Assembly: GCA_045630945.1 (NCBI GenBank)
Contig: JAZQTV010000046.1
Coordinates: 1-60,256, forward strand
Source of the DNA: Clostridia bacterium
GTDB taxonomy: Bacteria > Bacillota > Clostridia > Christensenellales > QALW01
DNA length: 60,256 nt
Reading direction: 5' to 3'
Every line of letters starts with the position of its first letter. Position 1 is the first letter of the stretch. Below are positions 18,269-27,679 of the stretch, in pieces. The notes beneath the pieces were generated by a model that was not told the DNA's origin, made no database searches, and was given only the letters and a program-made list of their open reading frames with translations. Position numbers and translations under genes: made by a program.

Positions 18269-19651
18269 TCAATTTAATATAAATTTATCAAGAATATCTA
18301 CTGTACCGCTTCCCATAATCAAAACAATATCTTCAGGTAAAAGCTTTGTTTTTAAATATGCACCGCATTCTTCCATGGTAGGTATATAAATACAGTCATC
18401 ATTGTATTTTTTGATGATTTCATCAACAATCATCTTTGAATTTATGGTAGGATCAAACGGCTCACGGTCACCGTATACATCAATTATTACCGTTTTATCT
18501 GCGTGATGGAAGCAATCAACAAGCCTATCAAACTGTGCCTTAGTTCTTGAGAATAACGCAGGCTGATATATGAGCCATAATCTGTTTTTCTTTATATGCT
18601 TGGTCGCTTCGATGGTTGCTGCAACCTCCTCGGGATGATGACCGTAGTCATTATATATCTTTGCACCATTATACGTGCCGCGATATTCAAATCTTCTTCC
18701 TGCACCTGTGTATGCCTTAATACCTTTAAGTGCATCAACAAGTTCAATACCCGAAAGTAATGCAGAAATTATTGCCGCCATTGAATTCAATACGTTAACC
18801 TCACCGATAACCGATAATTCAACGTGGCAAAGAAAATCACTGCCCTTATACATAGCGTAGCGCGGATAACCGTCGCTATTATATTCAACGTTTTCTGCGT
18901 GATAATCTGCCGCCTTATCAAAGCCATAGCTTACGTGATTTCTGCCACATTCGTCAAGAAGTCTTCTAGTACGCGCATCATCATAGCAACCGACAACGTA
19001 ACCGTCGTTTTCATCTACCAAACGGCTGTACGTTAAGAATGATTTATAAATATTTTCTACTATTTTAAAGTAGTCAAGGTGATCAGAATCGATATTAAGA
19101 ATTATTGCAATATAAGGTTTTAAAGTAAGGTACGAATCAACGTATTCACATGCTTCAGTAATAAAAAACTCATCATTACCCGTATAAACGTTACTTCCAA
19201 TTGTAGGTAAAACGCCGCCAATATGTATTGTAGGTTCCTTTTTTGAACGGTAGAAAATTTCCGAAACCATTGAGGTTGTTGTTGTTTTGCCGTGTGTACC
19301 TGCAACACCGATACATTTTTGGCACTTTGCCGATATAAGACCAAGCATCGCAGCGCGGTCAATACAAGGAATTCCGTTTTCTTCAGCAAATGCTCTTTCT
19401 ACATTATTCTTTGGAATGGCCGCAGAATAAACGACAAGAGAAGCATTCTTTACGTTATCAATACTATGCCCTACGGTTGCACGAATACCCATCCCCTTAA
19501 GGCGCTGTAATGCATCGCTGTCAGAACGGTCCGAACCGCTGATATCTGTAAATCCCCAATTATGTAAAATTTCCGCAAGACCGCACATACTGTGCCCGCC
19601 TATTGCTATAAAATGAATATTTTTGTTTTTAAAATCGTCAAGTCTGATCAT
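18269..19651 (-). CDS. murC: UDP-N-acetylmuramate--L-alanine ligase
   Basis: HFIAIGGHSMCGLA, AGTHGKTTTT, EACEY, DHLDY, GRRFE, DYGHHPEE. Confidence 0.93.
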   Translation of the reverse strand: MIRLDDFKNKNIHFIAIGGHSMCGLAEILHNWGFTDISGSDRSDSDALQRLKGMGIRATVGHSIDNVKNASLVVYSAAIPKNNVERAFAEENGIPCIDRAAMLGLISAKCQKCIGVAGTHGKTTTTSMVSEIFYRSKKEPTIHIGGVLPTIGSNVYTGNDEFFITEACEYVDSYLTLKPYIAIILNIDSDHLDYFKIVENIYKSFLTYSRLVDENDGYVVGCYDDARTRRLLDECGRNHVSYGFDKAADYHAENVEYNSDGYPRYAMYKGSDFLCHVELSVIGEVNVLNSMAAIISALLSGIELVDALKGIKAYTGAGRRFEYRGTYNGAKIYNDYGHHPEEVAATIEATKHIKKNRLWLIYQPALFSRTKAQFDRLVDCFHHADKTVIIDVYGDREPFDPTINSKMIVDEIIKKYNDDCIYIPTMEECGAYLKTKLLPEDIVLIMGSGTVDILDKFILN

Positions 19652-19770
19652 AGCTTTTCTCCTGAAATAGTCTTTAAATAAATTATATCAAATTTTCTAA
19701 AAACATTCAATAGCTTTTTACATTATATGAAAAAAAGGATAAAAGTGCTAAAGACTTTTATCCGCAACGT

Positions 19771-20901
19771 TTAACCAAATACTTTCTTGATGGCTTCAAG
19801 GTACTTGTATCCGTTAACTGTATCAGGTTCAAGATAACTTCCCTCAGTCCATTCATTCCATGCATTTATGGTAACTATTCTGTCTTTTTCGGGTTTGTTT
19901 TCAAGATACTCTCTAATATTTAAAAGAGCATCCTCGAACTGCTCGGGCGAAATTTCCAATACGCCTGTAAACGGATATCCGTAATCGCCGTAAACATCAC
20001 TTTGACAGCATCTTGCGCTTGAATCCCAGCTCATAGTTGCATTAGGATAATATGGCACGGTAAGTTCCTCGTATTGTTTTACATCCTCAAAATACTTCTT
20101 TTTAATCTTTTCATAGTCATGACGCGGAAAATCAAACGGCTGATGATGTGTCCACACATAGCTTGTAGCACTGTCAAAACCAAGGTAATCAAGCTGTTCT
20201 TTCGGTGAAGCAAGAACACCTTCGTTTTGAAGCACGCATACGTTAAAAAGAATTGCATTAAGATGAAGCTCGCCAAGACCTGCTTTTCTCACGCGGTCAC
20301 GGAATTCATCAAGAACACGCTTGCAGTTTTCAATACCGCCTAAGCTATCAATTAGTGTGTTTAATTCATACATTGAAAAGAACAACTTTCCGTCAATACG
20401 CCAATACGACGGATGCCCGAAATATTTCTTAATAATATAATCGGTTGCTTTAATAAAAGTTTTTTCATCAACGTCGCAGTGCAAGTGACTTACTGGTGGC
20501 TCGTTTGCTCTTGCGGGATGATTGCTTTGCCAATCTCTGTGATTCGCATACATCAATGCAAACTTCATATCTTTTGCATTATCCGCTTTTAAAAAGCCTT
20601 CCTCAAGACATCTTGAAAGAAATGATCTGTCTTCAAACCAATACCAATCAAAAAGAAAACAATCCACACCAAATTTAAGTGCGGTATCAATCTTTTTTTT
20701 CATTACTCTAGGATCAGCCTCATCCTCATACCCCCAAAGCGGTACCTTGGGCTGCATATGACCTTCAAAACGAGGCGTTGCAATCTTTAAAAGCTCCCAT
20801 TCAGTCCAATTTTTGCCGTGATAGCGCTCATTTGCCTCATCAACGTGCCAATTCGGAAAATAAAAAACTGCAGTTTGGAATTTTTTTGACAAAATCACCA
20901 C
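19771..20901 (-). CDS. GH99-like / WbsX-family carbohydrate-active protein; true start probably a few codons downstream
   Basis: FYFPNWH...WTEW, PLWGYEDE, FDWYW, YWRIDGK, INAWNEWTEGSYLEPD. Confidence 0.82.
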   Translation of the reverse strand: MVILSKKFQTAVFYFPNWHVDEANERYHGKNWTEWELLKIATPRFEGHMQPKVPLWGYEDEADPRVMKKKIDTALKFGVDCFLFDWYWFEDRSFLSRCLEEGFLKADNAKDMKFALMYANHRDWQSNHPARANEPPVSHLHCDVDEKTFIKATDYIIKKYFGHPSYWRIDGKLFFSMYELNTLIDSLGGIENCKRVLDEFRDRVRKAGLGELHLNAILFNVCVLQNEGVLASPKEQLDYLGFDSATSYVWTHHQPFDFPRHDYEKIKKKYFEDVKQYEELTVPYYPNATMSWDSSARCCQSDVYGDYGYPFTGVLEISPEQFEDALLNIREYLENKPEKDRIVTINAWNEWTEGSYLEPDTVNGYKYLEAIKKVFG

Positions 20902-21034
20902 TCCTTTTCTTTTGAACAGTATATCACATCATAATATTGGAATCAAGATATACTTCTATAAAATATTTAAATAGTACTTGCAAAATGTAAACAATTTTGA
21001 TAATATATTGTTACAAAATTTTAGGAGGTATAAA

Positions 21035-22900
21035 ATGAAACGAATTATCGCTATCATTCTTACGCTCGCACTATGTTTCTCACTTGCGATTTCATTCACT
21101 GCATGCGGAAACAATGCTGACAGCACACCCACACAGGCTAATCCTACACCAACAGCTATGCCTGAAATTGATGCATCAACTGTTGATATTATAGGTGAAG
21201 TTTGGTGTATGACGGAGATTACCTTTGAATCAACACATCCTTATAAAAAAGCTTCATCGATGGACGTTGAACAATTCTACGTTGATTTTGACGTTATCTT
21301 TACTAACAGAAGCACAGGCACCACGATAAAGATGCCTGGTTTCTGGGATGGTGATCAGATCTTTAAAGTTCGCTTTGCACCCACCGAATACGGAATTTGG
21401 GATTACAAAACCGAATGTACTAAGGATACTACCATTAACGGTAAGACCGGTACTATTGGTGCAAACGAATACAAAGGCGATCTTGATATCTACAAGCACG
21501 GCTTTGTATTCGTTGAAACAGGCAATAAATACTTTACTTATGCTGACGGCACCCCCTTCTTTTATCTTGGTGATACACACTGGAATATGCTTAATGAAGA
21601 ATATGATAGAGCAGGTGACCACGCAGGTGACATCGAAACAGATTCACACTTTAAGTATATCGTTGACAAACGTGTTGAACAGGGCTTTACAGTTTATCAG
21701 TCCGAGCCTATCGACCATACATGGAACTTAAACGATTGTAAGTTCAGTAAGGGTGACCTTAAAGCTTTCCAAAAGGCTGACCTTTATTTTGACTATATCG
21801 CAGAAAAAGGTATGGTTCACGCAAATGCACAGTTTGTATTCGTAAATCAGATTGACAAAAAATTTGCATCCGACCTTGAATTTATGGAAACTTGCGCACG
21901 TATGTGGGTTGCTCGTTACAGCGCTTATCCTGTAATGTGGACACTTGCACAGGAATGTGATAACGACGATTATTACGAGCGTGGTGATGCATGGTTCTCG
22001 TACGAAAACAACCCCTGGGTAAACGTAGCAGAATTTATGCATAAGCACGATCCCTATCAGCATCCCCTTACAGGTCACCAAGAAAACACCACTCGTACAA
22101 CCGTAACAGGTTTAGGCGTTAACGGTGCAGGTGCTACCACGGATGGTAACTTTGGTAAATCGGTATTCTTAAGTGAAGAAGTAACACAGAAGACCGGTCA
22201 CAATTGGTACGGCGCACAGTGGACACCTTCGTTTACGCAGCTTAACAACCGTGACGTTCTTGTTGCAAGAGATTATTGGGAATCACCCAAGGTTGCTGTA
22301 AACTACGAAGGAAGCTACTGCTATCTCTGGACTAAGGATTACGGCGCACGTGCACAGGGTTGGTTATCATACCTTAACGGTTTCTTTGGATACGGCTACG
22401 GTGCTATTGATATTTGGCTGTATAAGAGCACTTACGATATTGATAAGACTTCAAAAGACGGTATTGATACCATTACTCCTGAAGATAAGGCTACACATTG
22501 GAGCACTTCAGTAAACTTCCCCTCCGCTACACAGGTGGGTTATATGAAGCACTTCTTCTCATATATCAATTGGTGGGAGCTTGTTCCTGAATTACGTGAA
22601 AACGTTTACTATAACAACATTGGAAAGAGCAACTACGCTTGCGCTACAATCGGTAATGACGTTTACGTTGTATACCTTTGCAATAAGAACAGCACACAGA
22701 CAGGTACAATAGCCAATATGGATGGCAACGCAACCTACAACGCAATGTGGTTCAACCCCCGCACCTGTGAGTACATTACAATTGATACACAGTTAAAGGC
22801 AAACAGTACAGACGTTAACGGTAAGCCTGCTTATCCCCTTCCTGACAAGCCTAACGGTGATACGCAAGACTGGGTTGTACTTTTAATTAAAAACAAATAA
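21035..22900 (+). CDS. Lipoprotein glycoside hydrolase, DUF5060 plus DUF4038 (GH140/apiosidase-like) plus C-terminal beta domain
   Basis: Signal peptide with lipobox FTAC and P/T linker; GFWDG..FKVRFAP, YADGTPFFYLGDTHW, WFNPR, DWVVLL; AGGAGG RBS. Confidence 0.78.
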   Translation: MKRIIAIILTLALCFSLAISFTACGNNADSTPTQANPTPTAMPEIDASTVDIIGEVWCMTEITFESTHPYKKASSMDVEQFYVDFDVIFTNRSTGTTIKMPGFWDGDQIFKVRFAPTEYGIWDYKTECTKDTTINGKTGTIGANEYKGDLDIYKHGFVFVETGNKYFTYADGTPFFYLGDTHWNMLNEEYDRAGDHAGDIETDSHFKYIVDKRVEQGFTVYQSEPIDHTWNLNDCKFSKGDLKAFQKADLYFDYIAEKGMVHANAQFVFVNQIDKKFASDLEFMETCARMWVARYSAYPVMWTLAQECDNDDYYERGDAWFSYENNPWVNVAEFMHKHDPYQHPLTGHQENTTRTTVTGLGVNGAGATTDGNFGKSVFLSEEVTQKTGHNWYGAQWTPSFTQLNNRDVLVARDYWESPKVAVNYEGSYCYLWTKDYGARAQGWLSYLNGFFGYGYGAIDIWLYKSTYDIDKTSKDGIDTITPEDKATHWSTSVNFPSATQVGYMKHFFSYINWWELVPELRENVYYNNIGKSNYACATIGNDVYVVYLCNKNSTQTGTIANMDGNATYNAMWFNPRTCEYITIDTQLKANSTDVNGKPAYPLPDKPNGDTQDWVVLLIKNK

Positions 22901-22905
22901 TTTTT

Positions 22906-22934
22906 AAGAGAAGGAATTTTTCCTTCTCTTTTTT
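22906..22934 (+). terminator. Rho-independent terminator
   Basis: AAGAGAAGGAA-TTT-TTCCTTCTCTT followed by TTTT. Confidence 0.75.
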
Positions 22935-22984
22935 GACTACTGTGCTATAATATAAAAAAAGTCGTAAACGGGAGCATTTTATTA

Positions 22985-23376
22985 ATGGAATCATACATTG
23001 CTTTTGAAAACCATAAAAAACATATGGAATCCTTGCCGATTATATTTCATTATAGTTGCATATGAAAAATGGAGCATTTTAAGCACATTAACTGGCACGA
23101 AAACGTTGAACTTATTCGTGTACTTGAAGGCACGGGCTCTGTTCTTTACGGTGATAAAATTCAAATCATTTTATACGAAAATTCAAAAAAATAACAGGAT
23201 ATACACCCATTCAATACATAAACATTCACCGATGTGAGCTTGCAAAATCATTATTGAAGGAAGATTATCCTATTAAACAGGTTGCAAAGCTTGCGGGATT
23301 TGAAAATCAATCCTATTTCTCAAAAGTATTTTTATCGGTAACGGAAAAAACGCCAAGTGAATATAAAGAAGGCTGA
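22985..23376 (+). pseudogene. AraC-family regulator pseudogene (nonsense codon plus large internal deletion and frameshift)
   Basis: From ATG 22985: MESYIAFE...FHYSCI*(TGA 23063)KMEHFKHINWHENVELIRVLEGTG (cupin). Another frame then gives HFIRKFKKITGYTPIQYINIHRCELAKSLL...IKQVAKLAGFENQSYFSKVF...TPSEYKEG* (AraC HTH). Confidence 0.85.
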
Positions 23377-23378
23377 TG

Positions 23379-24194
23379 TTAATCATCAGCCTCATTTTTT
23401 TTAGGTATGAATTTTTCAAATATATAGCTCTTAAAATATTTCTTTGATTTTTCAATATCCTCTTGCTTATTATAAGTCCACGCAACAGGATACGCGCCAA
23501 GCAACGTGCTTAATCTTCTAAAAAAGTTTCCTGTATACTTATATTCATAGGAAATAAAATGCGGTCTTGCAATAAAATTAAATACTAATGCGCCTAATAA
23601 TCGCAATTTTAATTCGTCATTATAAAAAGCCGATGCAAGCTGACCTCGCATAACACAAGGTTTGTTCTTTTTATACCAATTAAGCACAAAGGGATAAAAG
23701 GATTGTATCGCATATTTACCGCTGTACCGATTTAAAATTTCATTTGCTTTTACACATAATCGGTCACACAATGCTTTTGATTCACACTTGAATTCTATAA
23801 GCAGGAAGCTTCTTGAATCAACAAGATCAAGACATTCTTTTAACGTTGGGATTTTCTCTGCAGTATTAAGAAGATGCATTTCCTTTATCTCTGAAAGTGT
23901 TAAATCCTCTATCTTTAAATCAACACCGCACATTCTTTTTAATGAATTATCGTGAAAAACAACAATTTCATCATCCTTTGTAACGTGAATGTCAATCTCA
24001 ATAGCATACCCATTTTTACACGCATTATCAAATGCACTTAAAGAATTTTCAGGAATAAATTCGTTATGCAATCCCCTGTGCGCTATATATTTTACATCTT
24101 TAAGCACATTGTTTTCCTTCTTAATTTTAGACGGAAAAATAAGGAACAAAAATATTGCAATCAAAAAACAAATTATAATTACAAATATATACAT
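23379..24194 (-). CDS. Glycerophosphodiester phosphodiesterase with an N-terminal membrane anchor
   Basis: IAHRGLH, PENSLSAF, IEIDIH, VVFHD, IPTLKE, LIEFK. Confidence 0.92.
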   Translation of the reverse strand: MYIFVIIICFLIAIFLFLIFPSKIKKENNVLKDVKYIAHRGLHNEFIPENSLSAFDNACKNGYAIEIDIHVTKDDEIVVFHDNSLKRMCGVDLKIEDLTLSEIKEMHLLNTAEKIPTLKECLDLVDSRSFLLIEFKCESKALCDRLCVKANEILNRYSGKYAIQSFYPFVLNWYKKNKPCVMRGQLASAFYNDELKLRLLGALVFNFIARPHFISYEYKYTGNFFRRLSTLLGAYPVAWTYNKQEDIEKSKKYFKSYIFEKFIPKKNEADD

Positions 24195-24196
24195 TT

Positions 24197-25534
24197 TTAG
24201 TCCTCAACGTTAAAATTTTCAAGCATCGAAGCTTTTGCTTTGGGCTTGGAATCACCATGCTTTACAAAAAGCATGGTAACAAAAGACATCGCTGAAAACG
24301 CAACTGCATACGGAAAAAGAATATTATAACCTGCCGCCATTTTATCAATCAATAATCCGGATAACAACGGTGTAACAATCTGTGCCGCCATTGAAAACGT
24401 ATAATAATATCCGGTATATTTTCCAACGTCAGCACCTGTACACATTTCAACAACCATCGGGAATGAGTTGGTGTTTATTGCCGCCCAACCAATACCTACA
24501 AGACCGAAAATAGCATACATTACAGGGGTTTGCGCCTTAATTAAAATCGCAATAGCATAGCAAACGGTCATTAATGCTACGCCCGCAAGAATGGTCGTTT
24601 TTCTGCCCACCTTACCCGAGAGGAATGCAAGTGGAATAAATGCAATAATTGCAGAAACCGTTGCGGTAAGAAGATATCCTGATGAGGTACTTAAGTCGGC
24701 ATTCAATACTTCCATACAGTATCTTGAAAATGCTGTTGTAACTGAATTGTATGCCATATACCATAAAAATACAGAAAATAAGATAAGTATAAGGCTTCTT
24801 AAAGCACCCGAAGATAACTTGGTTTTATTTGTTGTTTTTAAATCGTCAGCCTGATCATTTTCCTCAACAGAAACGCTTGCTAAAAGCTTGTTTTCATTTA
24901 TTGAAAATACAAGGAAAAGGACGGATACAAGCATAAATGCACCGATTACGATAAACACGGGCAAAAATGACTGACTTTCGCTGTATTCTTTAACACCTTC
25001 GGCATTGACTTCGCTTTTTAACATAAACATCATAACAACGGTTGCAAATATACCGCCGATATAGCCTACAAGGTTTATAATTGCGTTTGCTTTACTTCTT
25101 AAAGGCTTAGGTGTTACGTCGGGCATATATGCAACGGCAGGAGTACGGTATATTGACATAACAAATAAAACAAGGAATAATGATACAAAAAACATTGTTT
25201 TGTCGTTAATCTGCGTGGATATACCAATAATTATAAGTAAAATAACTGAAGCAAGCGTACCGAATAAAATATAAGGTGTTCTTCTCCCCAGTCTTGTGCT
25301 TGTTCTGTCGGAAATTGCACCAAACAACGGTAACATAAAAATAGCAAGAATATTATCAACTGACATAACACCGTTTGCTTCAAGGGTAGTTAAACCGAAC
25401 TTCTTTTCGAGTAAGAAAGGTATTACCTGATCGTAAAATTGCCAGAATGCCAGAATTGCCATAAAAGCAAATCCAATTATGATTGTGCGTTTGTAATTAA
25501 GTTTCAATGTTATCATCCTCTCGTTTTTTCTCAT
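24197..25534 (-). CDS. MFS transporter (GPH/SLC45-like sugar permease); start may be the TTG about 9 codons in
   Basis: 12 TM; motif GAISDRTSTRLGRRTPYI; second half LSGKVGRK. Confidence 0.88.
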   Translation of the reverse strand: MRKNERMITLKLNYKRTIIIGFAFMAILAFWQFYDQVIPFLLEKKFGLTTLEANGVMSVDNILAIFMLPLFGAISDRTSTRLGRRTPYILFGTLASVILLIIIGISTQINDKTMFFVSLFLVLFVMSIYRTPAVAYMPDVTPKPLRSKANAIINLVGYIGGIFATVVMMFMLKSEVNAEGVKEYSESQSFLPVFIVIGAFMLVSVLFLVFSINENKLLASVSVEENDQADDLKTTNKTKLSSGALRSLILILFSVFLWYMAYNSVTTAFSRYCMEVLNADLSTSSGYLLTATVSAIIAFIPLAFLSGKVGRKTTILAGVALMTVCYAIAILIKAQTPVMYAIFGLVGIGWAAINTNSFPMVVEMCTGADVGKYTGYYYTFSMAAQIVTPLLSGLLIDKMAAGYNILFPYAVAFSAMSFVTMLFVKHGDSKPKAKASMLENFNVED

Positions 25535-25604
25535 ACCTTATTATAACAAATTAATTGTCCAAGTCAATAAAAAATTATTTTTATAGCCAATAAAGCAACA
25601 AATA

Positions 25605-25688
25605 AACAAGATTGTGTGTATTTTAACAATATTTTTACATAAAAAAGCAATATTTTGTATTGAAAAATATTTTTTTATACTTTATAAT
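25605..25688 (+). promoter_or_regulatory. Sigma-A promoter with three upstream direct repeats CAA(G/T)ATT
   Basis: TTGAAA 25660-25665, 17 nt, TATAAT 25683-25688; repeats begin at 25607, 25627 and 25648. Confidence 0.6.
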
Positions 25689-25716
25689 ATACATAAATTA
25701 AAAGGAGGTGATTTTT

Positions 25717-26568
25717 ATGTATAAGTTCCCTATCGGCGCTATGGCTGAATCGTTCCGCAAGCCCTTTGATGAGGTTATAAAAATTGCTTCAGAAATGGGT
25801 TTAAACGGCATACAGCTTTATGCAGCTTCTAAAGATTATTGCCCTGAAAACCTCAATGCTGCAGCAAGACGCGAGTTACTTAAGAAAACAAAAGACAGCG
25901 GTCTTGTTTTTTCAGCACTTTGCGGTGATTTCGGAAAAGGATTCGGCGACCCTGAACAGAACAAAATCTATATTGAAAGATCGAAACGCGTTATAGACCT
26001 TGCAAAAGAGCTTGAAACTAATATCGTTACCACACACATCGGTGTAGTTCCTAATGACAAAAACCATCCTCGCTATAAAATAATGCAGGATGCATGCGGA
26101 GAACTTTCTGATTACGCCAAAAATAACGATGCATATTTTGCAGTCGAAACAGGTCCTGAAACGGCAGTTGTATTAAAAGAATTCCTTGATTCCCTTTCAG
26201 GTGCTGTTCGTGTAAACCTTGACCCTGCAAACTTTAAGATGGTCACAGGTGACGATCCTGTACAGGCTGTTTATACCTTGAAGGACTATATTGTACACAC
26301 ACACGCAAAAGACGGCATTAAGCTTATCGATGTTGATCCCGAAATCATTTATCACGTTGTACACCCCATTCCTGAAGAGTTTAACGGCAAAACGTTCTTT
26401 AAGGAAGTTCCCCTTGGTGAAGGAAGCGTTCCTTTTGAAAATTATCTTAAGGCACTTGAGGATATCGGATATAAAGGTTTCCTTACTATTGAGAGAGAAG
26501 TTGGAGAAGATCCAACCAAAGATATTAAAAAGGCTTATGACTTCTTAAGAAAATTGGAGGAAAAATAA
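25717..26568 (+). CDS. Sugar phosphate isomerase/epimerase-family TIM-barrel protein (xylose isomerase-like)
   Basis: Metal motifs AVETGPE, NLDPAN, HTHAKD, LTIERE; AGGAGG RBS. Confidence 0.87.
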   Translation: MYKFPIGAMAESFRKPFDEVIKIASEMGLNGIQLYAASKDYCPENLNAAARRELLKKTKDSGLVFSALCGDFGKGFGDPEQNKIYIERSKRVIDLAKELETNIVTTHIGVVPNDKNHPRYKIMQDACGELSDYAKNNDAYFAVETGPETAVVLKEFLDSLSGAVRVNLDPANFKMVTGDDPVQAVYTLKDYIVHTHAKDGIKLIDVDPEIIYHVVHPIPEEFNGKTFFKEVPLGEGSVPFENYLKALEDIGYKGFLTIEREVGEDPTKDIKKAYDFLRKLEEK

Positions 26569-26569
26569 A

Positions 26570-27679
26570 ATGGCATCACACGAACCTGCATTAAACTTCA
26601 CTGAAGAACAGCAGGTATATACCGGTAAAAAGTTAAGAATCGGTATTGTTGGAGCAGGTAATATTGCAACCATTCATATGGAAGCATATAAAAACGTTCC
26701 TGCAGCTGAAATCGTTGCAGTATGCGATATTGACAGAAATCAGCTTGAAGCATTCGGAAAGAGATATGGCATAACAAAGCGTTATAACTCCGTTGAAGAA
26801 ATGATTGCAAACGAAGAATTGGATGCAGCAGACGTATGTGTATGGAACTGCAATCACGCTAAATGCTCCATATACGCTCTTGAACACGGCTTAAACGTTC
26901 TTTGTGAAAAGCCTATGGCGTTTAATGCTGATGAAGCTATCAAAATGAAGGAAGCCGCTGATAAAGCTGGAAAGCTTTTAATGATAGGTTTTGTTCTTCA
27001 TTTTTCAAACGATACAGCACTTGTTCAGGATTTCAAGGATGATCTTGGCGATATTTATTATACAAAAGCAACGTATCTCCGTCGTCACGGTGCACCGGGC
27101 GGTTGGTTCTGCGATAAGGCACGTTCGGGCGGTGGTCCTATCATTGACCTTGGTGTTCACGTAATTGATCAGACACGTATGCTTATGGGCAGACCTAAGC
27201 CTGTTTCCGTTTTTGCAGCATCATCTGACAGAATCGGTTTCCGTCCCGAGCTTATCAACTCAGTTGGCTGGCATCCCAGAAAGAGCGTATTCGATAACGG
27301 AATTGAAGACGTTGAAGATTTTGGTACAGCACTTATCCGTTATGACAACGGTGCAGTAACCCTTCTTGAAACAAGCTATTCGCTCAACGGTGAATCACAC
27401 AATGCAAAAGCTCTTTACGGTACAAAGGGCGGCGTTGTTATGAATGCAAGCGGCACAAAGATTTATACAACAATGCATAACCGTTTAGTTGATATTACAC
27501 CCTCTACTGCAGGCTTACCCGCCGATAGCCACTTTGATCGCGAAATGGCTCATTTCGTTGATTGCTGTCTTAACGGAACAGAATGTATCGCAACAGCTGA
27601 CGATGGTATTTGGGTGATGAAGATTCTTGATGCAATCTATGAATCAGCAAGAACAGGTCACGAGGTAGAAATTAAATGA
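26570..27679 (+). CDS. Gfo/Idh/MocA-family NAD-dependent oxidoreductase
   Basis: IGIVGAGNIA, LCEKPMA, SGGGPIIDLGVHVID. Confidence 0.92.
   Translation: MASHEPALNFTEEQQVYTGKKLRIGIVGAGNIATIHMEAYKNVPAAEIVAVCDIDRNQLEAFGKRYGITKRYNSVEEMIANEELDAADVCVWNCNHAKCSIYALEHGLNVLCEKPMAFNADEAIKMKEAADKAGKLLMIGFVLHFSNDTALVQDFKDDLGDIYYTKATYLRRHGAPGGWFCDKARSGGGPIIDLGVHVIDQTRMLMGRPKPVSVFAASSDRIGFRPELINSVGWHPRKSVFDNGIEDVEDFGTALIRYDNGAVTLLETSYSLNGESHNAKALYGTKGGVVMNASGTKIYTTMHNRLVDITPSTAGLPADSHFDREMAHFVDCCLNGTECIATADDGIWVMKILDAIYESARTGHEVEIK

Noticed and set aside
23063-23065. In-frame TGA as possible selenocysteine or reassigned codon
   Set aside because: TGA acts as a normal stop elsewhere (e.g. 27677-27679), Trp is TGG in conserved motifs, and the gene also has a deletion and frameshift
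22998-23237. 79-aa plus-strand ORF in the track
   Set aside because: It is an alternative frame over the AraC pseudogene; the AraC motifs lie in the other two frames
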